Positions 9,594-17,939 of a stretch of 64,000 nt of DNA are shown here, piece by piece. A program made the position numbers and the translations under genes. The DNA lies in NCBI GenBank assembly GCA_965221125.1, contig CBDCRW010000001.1:38230-102229 (forward strand), given 5' to 3'. This stretch comes from Alphaproteobacteria bacterium (GTDB taxonomy: Bacteria > Pseudomonadota > Alphaproteobacteria > UBA828). The notes below the pieces were generated by a model. It was not told the origin of the DNA. It did no database searches and was given only the letters and a program-made list of their open reading frames with translations. Numbering within the stretch: the stretch's first letter is position 1; each line of letters begins with the position of its first letter.

Positions 9594-10931
9594 TCATCCG
9601 TCTGGCGCGGCGTCCAGCAGATGGCCGTGGTGGGTCAGGAACTCGTCGACGGCCTCGATCAGGCCGTCGCAGTCGGCTTGGCCGATGGCGAGACAGGGCG
9701 CCATGTAGCCGCGCCGGGCGGTAAAGAAACCCTTGTCGATCAGGTCGAGGTGCAGGAGCTGGCGGAGCCGTGCGTCCCTCGGCCGGAGGTCGCGGATCGA
9801 GCGGATCGGCTCGCGCTGCAGGTGCATGGTCAGGATCGAGCCGAGGCCGGTGACCTGGAACGACGCGCCGTGACGGGCGGCCAGGCCGTTGAGGGCGTCG
9901 CGCAGCGCATCGCCGGTCTCGTTGAGCGCGATCTGCACCGGCGGCGTGAAGACCTTCTCCAGGCCGGCGGCGCCGGCGATCAGCATGAACACGTTGTTGT
10001 TGAAGGTGCCGTGGTGAACGATGGAATCGGGCCTGGAGGGGTCGTAGATCTTCAGGATCTCCGCCGGGCCGCCGAGCGCGCCGCAGGAGAAGCCGCCGCC
10101 GATGTATTTTCCGAGCGTGGTCAGGTCGGGGACGATGCCGAGCTGCGCCTGGCGCCCGCCGGGTGCCACCCGCGAGGTCATCACCTCGTCGAAGATGAGC
10201 AGCACGCCGTGGGCGCTGCAGGCCTCGCGCAAGGCGCCGAGGAACGCGGCCGAGGCCGGGATCGCCCCGGAGGCACCTTGCAGCGGCTCGACCAGGACGG
10301 CGGCGAGGCGGTGCGCGTTCTCCCGGATCAGGCGGCGTGCTTCGTCCGGGTCGTTGTAGGGAGCCATCACGAAGGGGAAGGGCACGGCGATGGGCGACGG
10401 CTCGGTGCCGAAGTAGATGGTGCCGCCGTGGTAGGCGCCCTCGAACACCATGATCGAGTCCTTGCCGCTCACCGCGCGGGCCGTGACCATGGCCAGCATG
10501 TTGCCCTCGGTGCCGGAGGTGGTGAACCGCACCTGCTCGACGGAGGGGAAGCGCTCGCAGACCAAAGCCGCGAGCCGGGCCTCGTAGGGGCTCGCCGAGC
10601 CATAGGAAATCCCGGACTCCAGCGTCGCCTGCACCGCCTCGCGGATCACCGGGTGCGAGTGGCCGTAGAGGCCGGCGGAGAAGTCGCCCACGAAATCGGT
10701 GTAGGTGTGGCCGTCGACATCGGTCAGCGTCGCGCCGGCCGCCTTCTCGATGGCGAGCGGGAAGGGCGGGTAGAACATGCCGGTCCGCGTGTTGCCGCCG
10801 GGCATGCTCTCGCGCGCGCGCTCGTACTGCGCCCGGCTGCCGGGATTGGCGCTCTCGTAGCGCGCCGTCACCTCGCCGACCGCACTCTGCAGGTCGAGAT
10901 TCCGGCCGGCTTCGTCGGGCCTCGTTGCCAT
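9594..10931 (-). CDS. Class III PLP aminotransferase (glutamate-1-semialdehyde aminomutase-like)
   Basis: MPGGNTR, SGTE, GAYHG, LIFDEVMT and TLGKYIGGG motifs. Confidence 0.9.
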   Translation of the reverse strand: MATRPDEAGRNLDLQSAVGEVTARYESANPGSRAQYERARESMPGGNTRTGMFYPPFPLAIEKAAGATLTDVDGHTYTDFVGDFSAGLYGHSHPVIREAVQATLESGISYGSASPYEARLAALVCERFPSVEQVRFTTSGTEGNMLAMVTARAVSGKDSIMVFEGAYHGGTIYFGTEPSPIAVPFPFVMAPYNDPDEARRLIRENAHRLAAVLVEPLQGASGAIPASAAFLGALREACSAHGVLLIFDEVMTSRVAPGGRQAQLGIVPDLTTLGKYIGGGFSCGALGGPAEILKIYDPSRPDSIVHHGTFNNNVFMLIAGAAGLEKVFTPPVQIALNETGDALRDALNGLAARHGASFQVTGLGSILTMHLQREPIRSIRDLRPRDARLRQLLHLDLIDKGFFTARRGYMAPCLAIGQADCDGLIEAVDEFLTHHGHLLDAAPDG

Positions 10932-11135
10932 GGCGCGCCTCGTCGTCGCTTGCGCGGCGGACGATACTCGCACCGCCTGCGGCGCGGCAAGGTCGGTCCT
11001 CCTCGCGGGCCATGCCGGCGCGGATATGCGGGTGTGATCCGCCCGCCTCTGCGCTACGATGCGGCCCGCGCGCCGGTGGGTTATGCCATGTGCCGGGCGC
11101 ATGGGGGGATTTTCAACGGACGGAGGACGGCGTCC

Positions 11136-11951
11136 ATGCCAGAGTTGCTTCGGCCCGGCTCGATCGACGAGGCGGCCGCTCTGATCGCGCGACATGGCGC
11201 TGCGGCGGCGGTGCTCGCCGGCGGCACCAGCCTGGTGCGCGAGACCTATCCGTCGGACGGGGGCTACCTGATCGGGGTGGACCGCCTCGGCCTCGACAAG
11301 GTGGTCGCGCGCGACGGCGGCTGGTCGATCGGCGCCGCGGTTCCGCTCAGCGTGCTGCGCGAGGCCGTGCCGATTGCGGCGCTCCAGGCCGCGACACGCG
11401 AGATCGGCGGGCCTGCGGTGCAGAACATGGCGACGGTGGGCGGCAACCTCTTCGCCCGCGCGCCCTTCGGCGATCTTGCGCCGGCGCTGCTCGCCCTCGG
11501 CGCGCGCCTGGTGTTCGCGGCGGCCGACGGCGAGGCGATGCAGTCCATCGACGACTTCTACGCGGGCTGGTCCGACGGCGCACCGCCCGCTGCGGGCCTG
11601 CTCACACGGATCGAGATCGACGCGCCAACTGGTTCCGCCGCCTACATGAAGTGCGCGAGGCGGCGCTATTCGACGCCAGCCGTGGTCACGGTCGCCGCCA
11701 GCGTGGAGACGGACGGCGGCACGGTGAGCGCGGCCCGGATCGCGCTCAGCGGCGCGAGCGCGCACCCCTTCCGCTGCGCAGGCGCGGAGCAGGCGGTGAT
11801 CGGCTCCAGCCTCGACGAGGCGGCGGTAACGGCGGCGGCCGAAGCGGCCGAGGGCGCGGTCGCGCCGCAGACCGACGCGGTCGCGAGCGAATGGTATCGC
11901 CGGCGCATGACGGGCGTCCTCGTCCGCCGGGTGCTGGCGGCGCTCGACTGA
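11136..11951 (+). CDS. Molybdenum hydroxylase FAD-binding subunit
   Basis: LAGGTSL, QNMATVGGN and ASEWYRR motifs; GGAGG upstream. Confidence 0.9.
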   Translation: MPELLRPGSIDEAAALIARHGAAAAVLAGGTSLVRETYPSDGGYLIGVDRLGLDKVVARDGGWSIGAAVPLSVLREAVPIAALQAATREIGGPAVQNMATVGGNLFARAPFGDLAPALLALGARLVFAAADGEAMQSIDDFYAGWSDGAPPAAGLLTRIEIDAPTGSAAYMKCARRRYSTPAVVTVAASVETDGGTVSAARIALSGASAHPFRCAGAEQAVIGSSLDEAAVTAAAEAAEGAVAPQTDAVASEWYRRRMTGVLVRRVLAALD

Positions 11952-11973
11952 CGACGTTGAACGGGAGGCAGAG

Positions 11974-12465
11974 ATGGACGACAAGCTGATACGCCTCACG
12001 GTCAACGGCCGTGACGAGGCCGTGGTGATCCGGCCGCTGGCGACGCTGCAGGACGTGCTGCGCGACAACCTGGAGCTGACTGCGGTCAAGAGCGGCTGCG
12101 GCCAGGGCGGCTGCGGCAGCTGCTCGGTGCTGGTGGACGGGGAGCTTCGCCTCTCCTGCCTCACGCTCGCCGAGCGGGTCGAGGGGGCCGAGGTCACCAC
12201 GCTGGAGGGCCTGAACGCCACCAACGCGATCGTGCCGCTGCAGCAGGCCTTCGTCGAGAACTACGCGGCGCAGTGCGGCTACTGCACCGCCGGCATGGTG
12301 ATGGCGGCCAAGGCGCTGCTCGACCGCAATCCGTCGCCGAGCCGCGACGAGATCGTGGAAGGGCTCTCGGGCAATCTCTGCCGCTGCACCGGGTTCGCGC
12401 CCATCGTCCGTGCCGTGCAGCAGGCCGCAGCGGCGCTCTCGGATAGCGGGGAGGAGGCGAGCTAA
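11974..12465 (+). CDS. Molybdenum hydroxylase [2Fe-2S] subunit
   Basis: GCGQGGCGSC, QCGYC and NLCRCTG motifs. Confidence 0.95.
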   Translation: MDDKLIRLTVNGRDEAVVIRPLATLQDVLRDNLELTAVKSGCGQGGCGSCSVLVDGELRLSCLTLAERVEGAEVTTLEGLNATNAIVPLQQAFVENYAAQCGYCTAGMVMAAKALLDRNPSPSRDEIVEGLSGNLCRCTGFAPIVRAVQQAAAALSDSGEEAS

Positions 12466-13811
12466 TGTCGATGAAGGAACTCGGCGTCGTCGGCCGGAAC
12501 GTCGGCCAGCGAGACCTCGAAAGCCACGCGCGCGGCCAGACGACCTACTACGAGGACGTCCACTACCCGCGCATGCTGCATCTCAAGATGCACCGGAGCG
12601 CGGAACCACATGCCCGGATCGTGAGCGTGGATACCAGCGCGGCGGAGGCCAGCCCTGGCGTCGTCTGCGTGCTCACCCACGAGGACCTGCCGGGCAAGAA
12701 GGTGTGGAACGGCCTTGCCGCCGTCGGCGTCGGGCCGGAGGACGAGCCGATCCTCGCCTTCGACAAGGTGCGCTGGCGGGGCGAGCCCATCGTCGCCGTG
12801 CTGGGCGAGAGCGCCGAGGCCGCGCGCGCCGGCGCGGCCAAGGTGAAGGTGGACTACGATCCGCTCCCCGGCGTGTTCGACGTGGAAGAGGCGATCGCGG
12901 GCGCAGCACCTGCGCTGACCGCCCACTGGCCGAACAACCACTACATCTACCCGGACGACCACGGCGCCGCGCAGATCCGCTTCGGCGACGTGGAGCAGGG
13001 ATTTGCCGAGGCCGACCACATCGTCGAGGACAAGTACCAGACCAGCCCCATCGAGCAGGCACCGATGGAGACCAACGGCTGCATTGCCAAGCCGGGCGGC
13101 GACGGGCGCATCACGGTGCACACCAACACGCAGGCGGTGCACTTCGCCCGCGACAACACCGCCGCCATCCTGGGGCTTGCGCCGGGCAAGCTGCGCTTCC
13201 TCGGCGGCACGGTGGGCGGCGGCTTCGGCGGCAAGGTGGACGTGGCGGTGGAGCCGATCTCGGTGCTGGCCGCCATGCGGACCGGGCGCCCGGTCAAGTT
13301 CAAGTACACGCGGGAAGAGGAGATGCAGGTTTCCTCGACCCGCTCCGCCTGGCGCCTCTACATCAAGGACGGCGTGATGAACGACGGGCGCATCGTCGCC
13401 CGCAAGATCACCTCCTACCAGGATTCGGGCGCCTACCTGCGCTTCAGCTCCTACGGCTCGATGAAGCACGCGGGCCACATGCCGGGGCCCTACACGATCC
13501 CCAACGTCTGGGTCGACGCGCGGGTGGTCTTCACCAACCGGCCGCCGTCGAGCGCGATGCGGGGCTTCGGCGTCATGGCCGCCTCCTTCGCCATCGAGCT
13601 GCAGATGGACAAGGTGGCCAAGACCATCGGCATGGACCCGTGGCAGCTCCGGCTGCTCAACGCCTACCGCAACGGCGACATGCGCGCGCACCGCAAGGTG
13701 AACGAGGACGCCGCGATGGTCGAGACCATCCAAGCGGCGGCGCGCATGGCCGGCCACGCGCTGCCGGCGGAGTACCAAGCGATGACCTCCTGGGACAGAA
13801 AGGCAAGCTGA
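12465..13811 (+). CDS. Molybdopterin-binding subunit, N-terminal half of a split large subunit
   Basis: VGGGFGGK, YTREEEM and SSAMRGFG motifs. Confidence 0.92.
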   Translation: MSMKELGVVGRNVGQRDLESHARGQTTYYEDVHYPRMLHLKMHRSAEPHARIVSVDTSAAEASPGVVCVLTHEDLPGKKVWNGLAAVGVGPEDEPILAFDKVRWRGEPIVAVLGESAEAARAGAAKVKVDYDPLPGVFDVEEAIAGAAPALTAHWPNNHYIYPDDHGAAQIRFGDVEQGFAEADHIVEDKYQTSPIEQAPMETNGCIAKPGGDGRITVHTNTQAVHFARDNTAAILGLAPGKLRFLGGTVGGGFGGKVDVAVEPISVLAAMRTGRPVKFKYTREEEMQVSSTRSAWRLYIKDGVMNDGRIVARKITSYQDSGAYLRFSSYGSMKHAGHMPGPYTIPNVWVDARVVFTNRPPSSAMRGFGVMAASFAIELQMDKVAKTIGMDPWQLRLLNAYRNGDMRAHRKVNEDAAMVETIQAAARMAGHALPAEYQAMTSWDRKAS

Positions 13812-14824
13812 TGGCCAAGGTAAGGGGCACCGGCTTCGCGGCCGTGAACTATCCGACGGGGATGCACCTGGGCGGCGATCCCACCCAGTCGCTGATCCAC
13901 ATGACGCCGGCCGGCGACTTCGTCGTCACCATGGCGAGCGTCGATCTCGGCCAGGGCCTGCGCACCGTGCTGGCGCAGATCGCGGCCGAGACCCTCGGCG
14001 TCCCCTACGAGAGCATCGTGGTGGAGACCGCCGATACCGACACCGGCCCGCATTGCACCGGCACCTTCGCGAGCCGCACCACGCACCGCGCCGGCAACGC
14101 CGTGGTGATGGCGGCGCAGGAAGCGCGCAAGGCCATGCTCGAGGTGGCGGGCGAGCTGCTGGAGGCAAGCCCGGAGGACCTCGAGACCGACGGCGGGGGC
14201 AACATCCACATCAAGGGCGTGGCGGAGAAGGCGGTCTCGGTCGGCGAGGTCGCCGGCGCCGCCCACTTCGCCCACGGCAAGACCATTGCGGGACGCGGTG
14301 CCTACCTCAAGCCGCCGAGCCCGATGGACCCGGAGACCGGCGCGTGCGACCCGGATTCGACGCAGGCCCATGCCTGCACCGTGGTCGAGGTCGAGGTCGA
14401 TACCGAGACCGGGATGGTCGAGGTGATCGACATGAAGAGCGTCTACGAGGTGGGCCAGCAGGTGAACCCGGACCTAGTGAAGGGCCAGATCGTGGGCGGC
14501 TCCTGGATGGGCATAGGCCACGCGCTCTACGAGACCACCGCGCCCGGCTACCCGGCGATCGACCCCGCGCCGGTGGATTTCCAGAACTACCTGCAGCCCG
14601 GCGCGTCGGAGATGCCCGAGGTCGACTGCGAGGTGCTGGAGTACCCGGCCGAGAGCGGCCCCTACGGCGGCAAGGGCGTGGGCGAGATGGTGACCAACGG
14701 GCCGATCCCGGCCATCGTGAACGCCATCAACAACGCGCTCGACGTGCGCATCACCGAGATCCCGGTGACGCCCGAGGTCGTGCTTCGCGCCCTCGACGAG
14801 AAGAGGACGCAGGCGGCCTCCTGA
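13811..14824 (+). CDS. Molybdopterin-binding subunit, C-terminal half of a split large subunit
   Basis: Coupled by TGATG; DLGQG, GTFASR, GQIVGG and GGKGVGE motifs. Confidence 0.92.
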   Translation: MAKVRGTGFAAVNYPTGMHLGGDPTQSLIHMTPAGDFVVTMASVDLGQGLRTVLAQIAAETLGVPYESIVVETADTDTGPHCTGTFASRTTHRAGNAVVMAAQEARKAMLEVAGELLEASPEDLETDGGGNIHIKGVAEKAVSVGEVAGAAHFAHGKTIAGRGAYLKPPSPMDPETGACDPDSTQAHACTVVEVEVDTETGMVEVIDMKSVYEVGQQVNPDLVKGQIVGGSWMGIGHALYETTAPGYPAIDPAPVDFQNYLQPGASEMPEVDCEVLEYPAESGPYGGKGVGEMVTNGPIPAIVNAINNALDVRITEIPVTPEVVLRALDEKRTQAAS

Positions 14825-14942
14825 CCGGCCCTGTGCGGCCCGGGGGGCCGGGTCGTGCGTATGGCGGCCTGAAGCCGCTTCGCTGGAGCCCGTCCGTACC
14901 TGACGGACGTGCGACGCGGCGGCGCTGGGCGGGTATGAGGGC

Positions 14943-15689
14943 ATGGTCAGCCTGAAGCTCGAATCGGTCACGGTCGACTTCTCCGTCTACAACGCCAGCA
15001 CGCGCTCGCTGAAGAACCGCTTGCTGCATCGCGGCACGGGCGGGCGCATCGCGCAGGGCGCCGGCAGCCGGCTGGTGGTGCGTGCGCTGGAAGACGTGAG
15101 CCTCGCGTTCGAGCACGGCGACCGGGTAGGCCTGGTCGGCCCCAACGGCGCCGGCAAGACGACCCTGCTGCGCGTGCTCGCGGGCGCCTACGAACCCGCG
15201 CGCGGACGCGTCTACCGGCACGGAAGGACCGCGTCGCTGCTCAGCGGCTCGCTCGGCATCAACGCGGACGCGACGGGCTACGAGAACATCGTGACACGGG
15301 GGCTCTTTCTCGGCCTGCGGCCGGAGCAGGTGCGCGCGCGCATGGACGAGATTGCGGCGTTCACGGAGCTTGGCGACTACCTGGCGATGCCGGTGCACAC
15401 CTACTCGACGGGCATGCGGCTGCGGCTCGCCTTTGCGGTGTGCACCTGCTTCGAGCCCGAGATCCTGCTGATGGACGAGTGGCTGGGCATGGGCGACCGG
15501 GCCTTCATCGAGAAGGCGAAGCGGCGGATGGAAGAATTCGTGGACCGTGCCGGGATCCTCGTGCTCGCATCGCAACACGCGGGCCTCCTTGCGCGGGTCT
15601 GCAGCACAGGGGTCCTGCTCGACGCGGGTCGGGTCAAGGCGCGCGGGCCGATCGACGAGGTCCTGCGGGAGTACGGGCAGGCTGCTTAG
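14943..15689 (+). CDS. wzt: Polysaccharide export ABC ATPase (Wzt/KpsT/TagH type)
   Basis: ALEDVSL, GPNGAGKTTLL, YSTGMRLRLAF and LLMDE motifs. Confidence 0.9.
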   Translation: MVSLKLESVTVDFSVYNASTRSLKNRLLHRGTGGRIAQGAGSRLVVRALEDVSLAFEHGDRVGLVGPNGAGKTTLLRVLAGAYEPARGRVYRHGRTASLLSGSLGINADATGYENIVTRGLFLGLRPEQVRARMDEIAAFTELGDYLAMPVHTYSTGMRLRLAFAVCTCFEPEILLMDEWLGMGDRAFIEKAKRRMEEFVDRAGILVLASQHAGLLARVCSTGVLLDAGRVKARGPIDEVLREYGQAA

Positions 15690-15772
15690 GTTCAGCCGTC
15701 GCCAGTCGCGCGGCACCATCAAGATAACTTGCGCGCCTGACCACCAACAACGAATGCTCAAGCGAATAACGT

Positions 15773-17848
15773 ATGTTGCTCCATGCCTGTATACGGCTAC
15801 AATGGAGCGATGGCGTCGGCTTCCCGATAGCGTTTGTCTTCGCACTCATAATTCCAGAGATAAGTTGGAATATGATCCACGTAATTGACGACGGGTTGTT
15901 TGCCCTTATATCGCCCGTACTTGTCCACTATTCGCTTGCAATACGCCGCGTCATATTTGGGACAATCAGGTTGGTGGTGAGGAAGCTCAGAAGGGCAACG
16001 AGGCAGCTCAAGAAACGAGTGAGACGGCTCGGAAGGCAGACGAGGCGGCTCAAGAGGACAGTAGGGAAGCTCAAGACGCTAGCGGGGCAACTCAGAAGGC
16101 TGTCGAGGCAGATCAAGAAACGGGCGAGACAGCCTAGAAAGCCGGCGAGGCAGCTCAATAGAGTAGCGCGGAAGATTGGGAAGCTGGCGAGACATCTCGT
16201 AAGGCTGGCGAGGCGGCTCAGAAGGCGAGTGAGGCGGTTCAGAAGGGTAGCAGGAAAACTCAAGAGGCTGGTGAGACAGCTCAGAAGGCAGGTAAAGCGG
16301 TTTAGACGTGCAGCGCGAAAGCTCAAGAGGATGGTAAGGAAATTCAAGAGCGCAGTACGGCAATTCAGAAGGGTCGTGAGGCAACTTAGAAGGGCGGCGA
16401 CGCGTCGTACGAGAAGGGTAAAGGGGTTTGGACGCACGGGATACAGGCTGGCCCGTTCTCGCGTTTCTTGGCGGATAGCGACCGGACATCTCACATCCGT
16501 TCTGCTCAGACGTTCAGACCCTGAGACCAGGCGATTGTCCACGAAAATACGGCACGCGAACGGGAATCTGTCCACGCGAATGCTCTTTCTTCTGGGCGAT
16601 TTCAGGGCGGCGATGGATCAGGCGCTGAGCGACCTCGAATCGTGCCCCGACGACGCAGAGGCACGCATGCTCGTCGTCGGCTGCGCGATCGAGCTGGGCG
16701 ATCTCGAATGCGCCCGACGGTATCTGAATCGGCTGGATGCAGGGTCTACGCCCGCCTATCTCAGGGAACAACTGCCGTTCTTCCGGTACACGCTCGCCAG
16801 AGAAAATGGGCCGGACGGCCCGGTGCAGGCAATCCGGCATCTTGACGACCTGTATCTGGCCATGGGCTGCCAACCCATTCGCCTGAATCCGGCAGGCATC
16901 CACGATCCATTCGATTCGCTTGCGCCCGTTGCGGCGATGAAACCGCGTTGCCGGGATGGCTATCCGCCTCTATGCGATGGGCCGCTCGTCTCGGTCGTCA
17001 TGACCGCCTACAACGTCGAGCATCTGGTGAAGACGTCGGTCATGTCCGTTCTGAACCAGAATTATCGCAACCTGGAGCTGATCGTCGTGGACGACTGCAG
17101 CACCGATGGCACGCTGGAAACGCTTCGTCTCCTGGAGGAAGAGGACGAGCGCATGCAGGTTATCGCCAAGGACACGAACGACGGGACGTACGTCAGCAAG
17201 AACCTTGGCATGCTTCGGGCCCGCGGAGAGTTCATGGCGTTTCAGGACAGCGACGACTGGTCGCATCCCGACAGGCTCGGAAAGAGCATCGCCGTCCTGG
17301 CGTCGGAGCCGGAGACCGTTGCGCTTACGACCAACTGGGTGCGCATGACGACCGAGGGTGACCTTATCCTGAAAGGCACGAACCGCTACGCATACAAATC
17401 GTGCATTTCCCTCGTGTTCCGCAGGAAGGAGGTGCTGCACCGCTCGGGCTTCTTCGATTCCGTTCGCGCCGGGGCCGATACCGAGTTCGAGGTCAGGAAC
17501 GGCATCCTGTTCGGCGAACACAGGGTGGCGACGTATGCGTGGCCGCTGGCCTTTGGCCGCGTGCGCCCTGAATCGATTACCGCCGACGCCGAATACGGAC
17601 TGGCGCGGTACGGAGGCAAGCCAATCCGGGAGGAATACCGGAAGGCTTGCCGAAAATGGCACGAGGAAATCCGCCGCGGCCGTGATGGCTACATGCCGTT
17701 TCCTCTTCGCGAAAGACCGTTCGACGCCCCCGGCAAGCTCCTGACCGCGAACGGGACGCCGATGCCCAGCGAGCTGATCCGGGAGCATCCTGGGTGGATG
17801 CGGCCTCATTCTTCAGAGAGGCCAACACGGAGCTCGGCCGCTCGCTGA
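15773..17848 (+). CDS. GT2 glycosyltransferase with an N-terminal polybasic heptad repeat; start uncertain (alternative ATG 15872)
   Basis: PLVSVVMTAYN, VVDDCSTDGT and FQDSDDWSHPDR motifs; lower GC than the flanks. Confidence 0.85.
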   Translation: MLLHACIRLQWSDGVGFPIAFVFALIIPEISWNMIHVIDDGLFALISPVLVHYSLAIRRVIFGTIRLVVRKLRRATRQLKKRVRRLGRQTRRLKRTVGKLKTLAGQLRRLSRQIKKRARQPRKPARQLNRVARKIGKLARHLVRLARRLRRRVRRFRRVAGKLKRLVRQLRRQVKRFRRAARKLKRMVRKFKSAVRQFRRVVRQLRRAATRRTRRVKGFGRTGYRLARSRVSWRIATGHLTSVLLRRSDPETRRLSTKIRHANGNLSTRMLFLLGDFRAAMDQALSDLESCPDDAEARMLVVGCAIELGDLECARRYLNRLDAGSTPAYLREQLPFFRYTLARENGPDGPVQAIRHLDDLYLAMGCQPIRLNPAGIHDPFDSLAPVAAMKPRCRDGYPPLCDGPLVSVVMTAYNVEHLVKTSVMSVLNQNYRNLELIVVDDCSTDGTLETLRLLEEEDERMQVIAKDTNDGTYVSKNLGMLRARGEFMAFQDSDDWSHPDRLGKSIAVLASEPETVALTTNWVRMTTEGDLILKGTNRYAYKSCISLVFRRKEVLHRSGFFDSVRAGADTEFEVRNGILFGEHRVATYAWPLAFGRVRPESITADAEYGLARYGGKPIREEYRKACRKWHEEIRRGRDGYMPFPLRERPFDAPGKLLTANGTPMPSELIREHPGWMRPHSSERPTRSSAAR
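15977..16396 (+). repeat. 20 imperfect 21-bp tandem repeats encoding Arg/Lys-rich heptads
   Basis: Approximate consensus GTGAGGCAGCTCAGAAGGCTG (VRQLRRL). Confidence 0.85.
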
Positions 17849-17939
17849 TGGCCGAGGCGCGCTTGCGGTCCCGGACGCTCCGGTGCCTTGATCCGGTGGC
17901 GCCGGCGCTGGACGGCGATCGGCCGGCAGCGGCGGGGTG

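Noticed and set aside
13805-13815. Split Mo subunit as a frameshift error
   Set aside because: Clean TGATG coupling with a purine-rich upstream tract, and split large subunits are known in this family.
15977-16396. CRISPR array
   Set aside because: Degenerate contiguous 21-mers without spacers, inside an ORF; no cas genes in the window.
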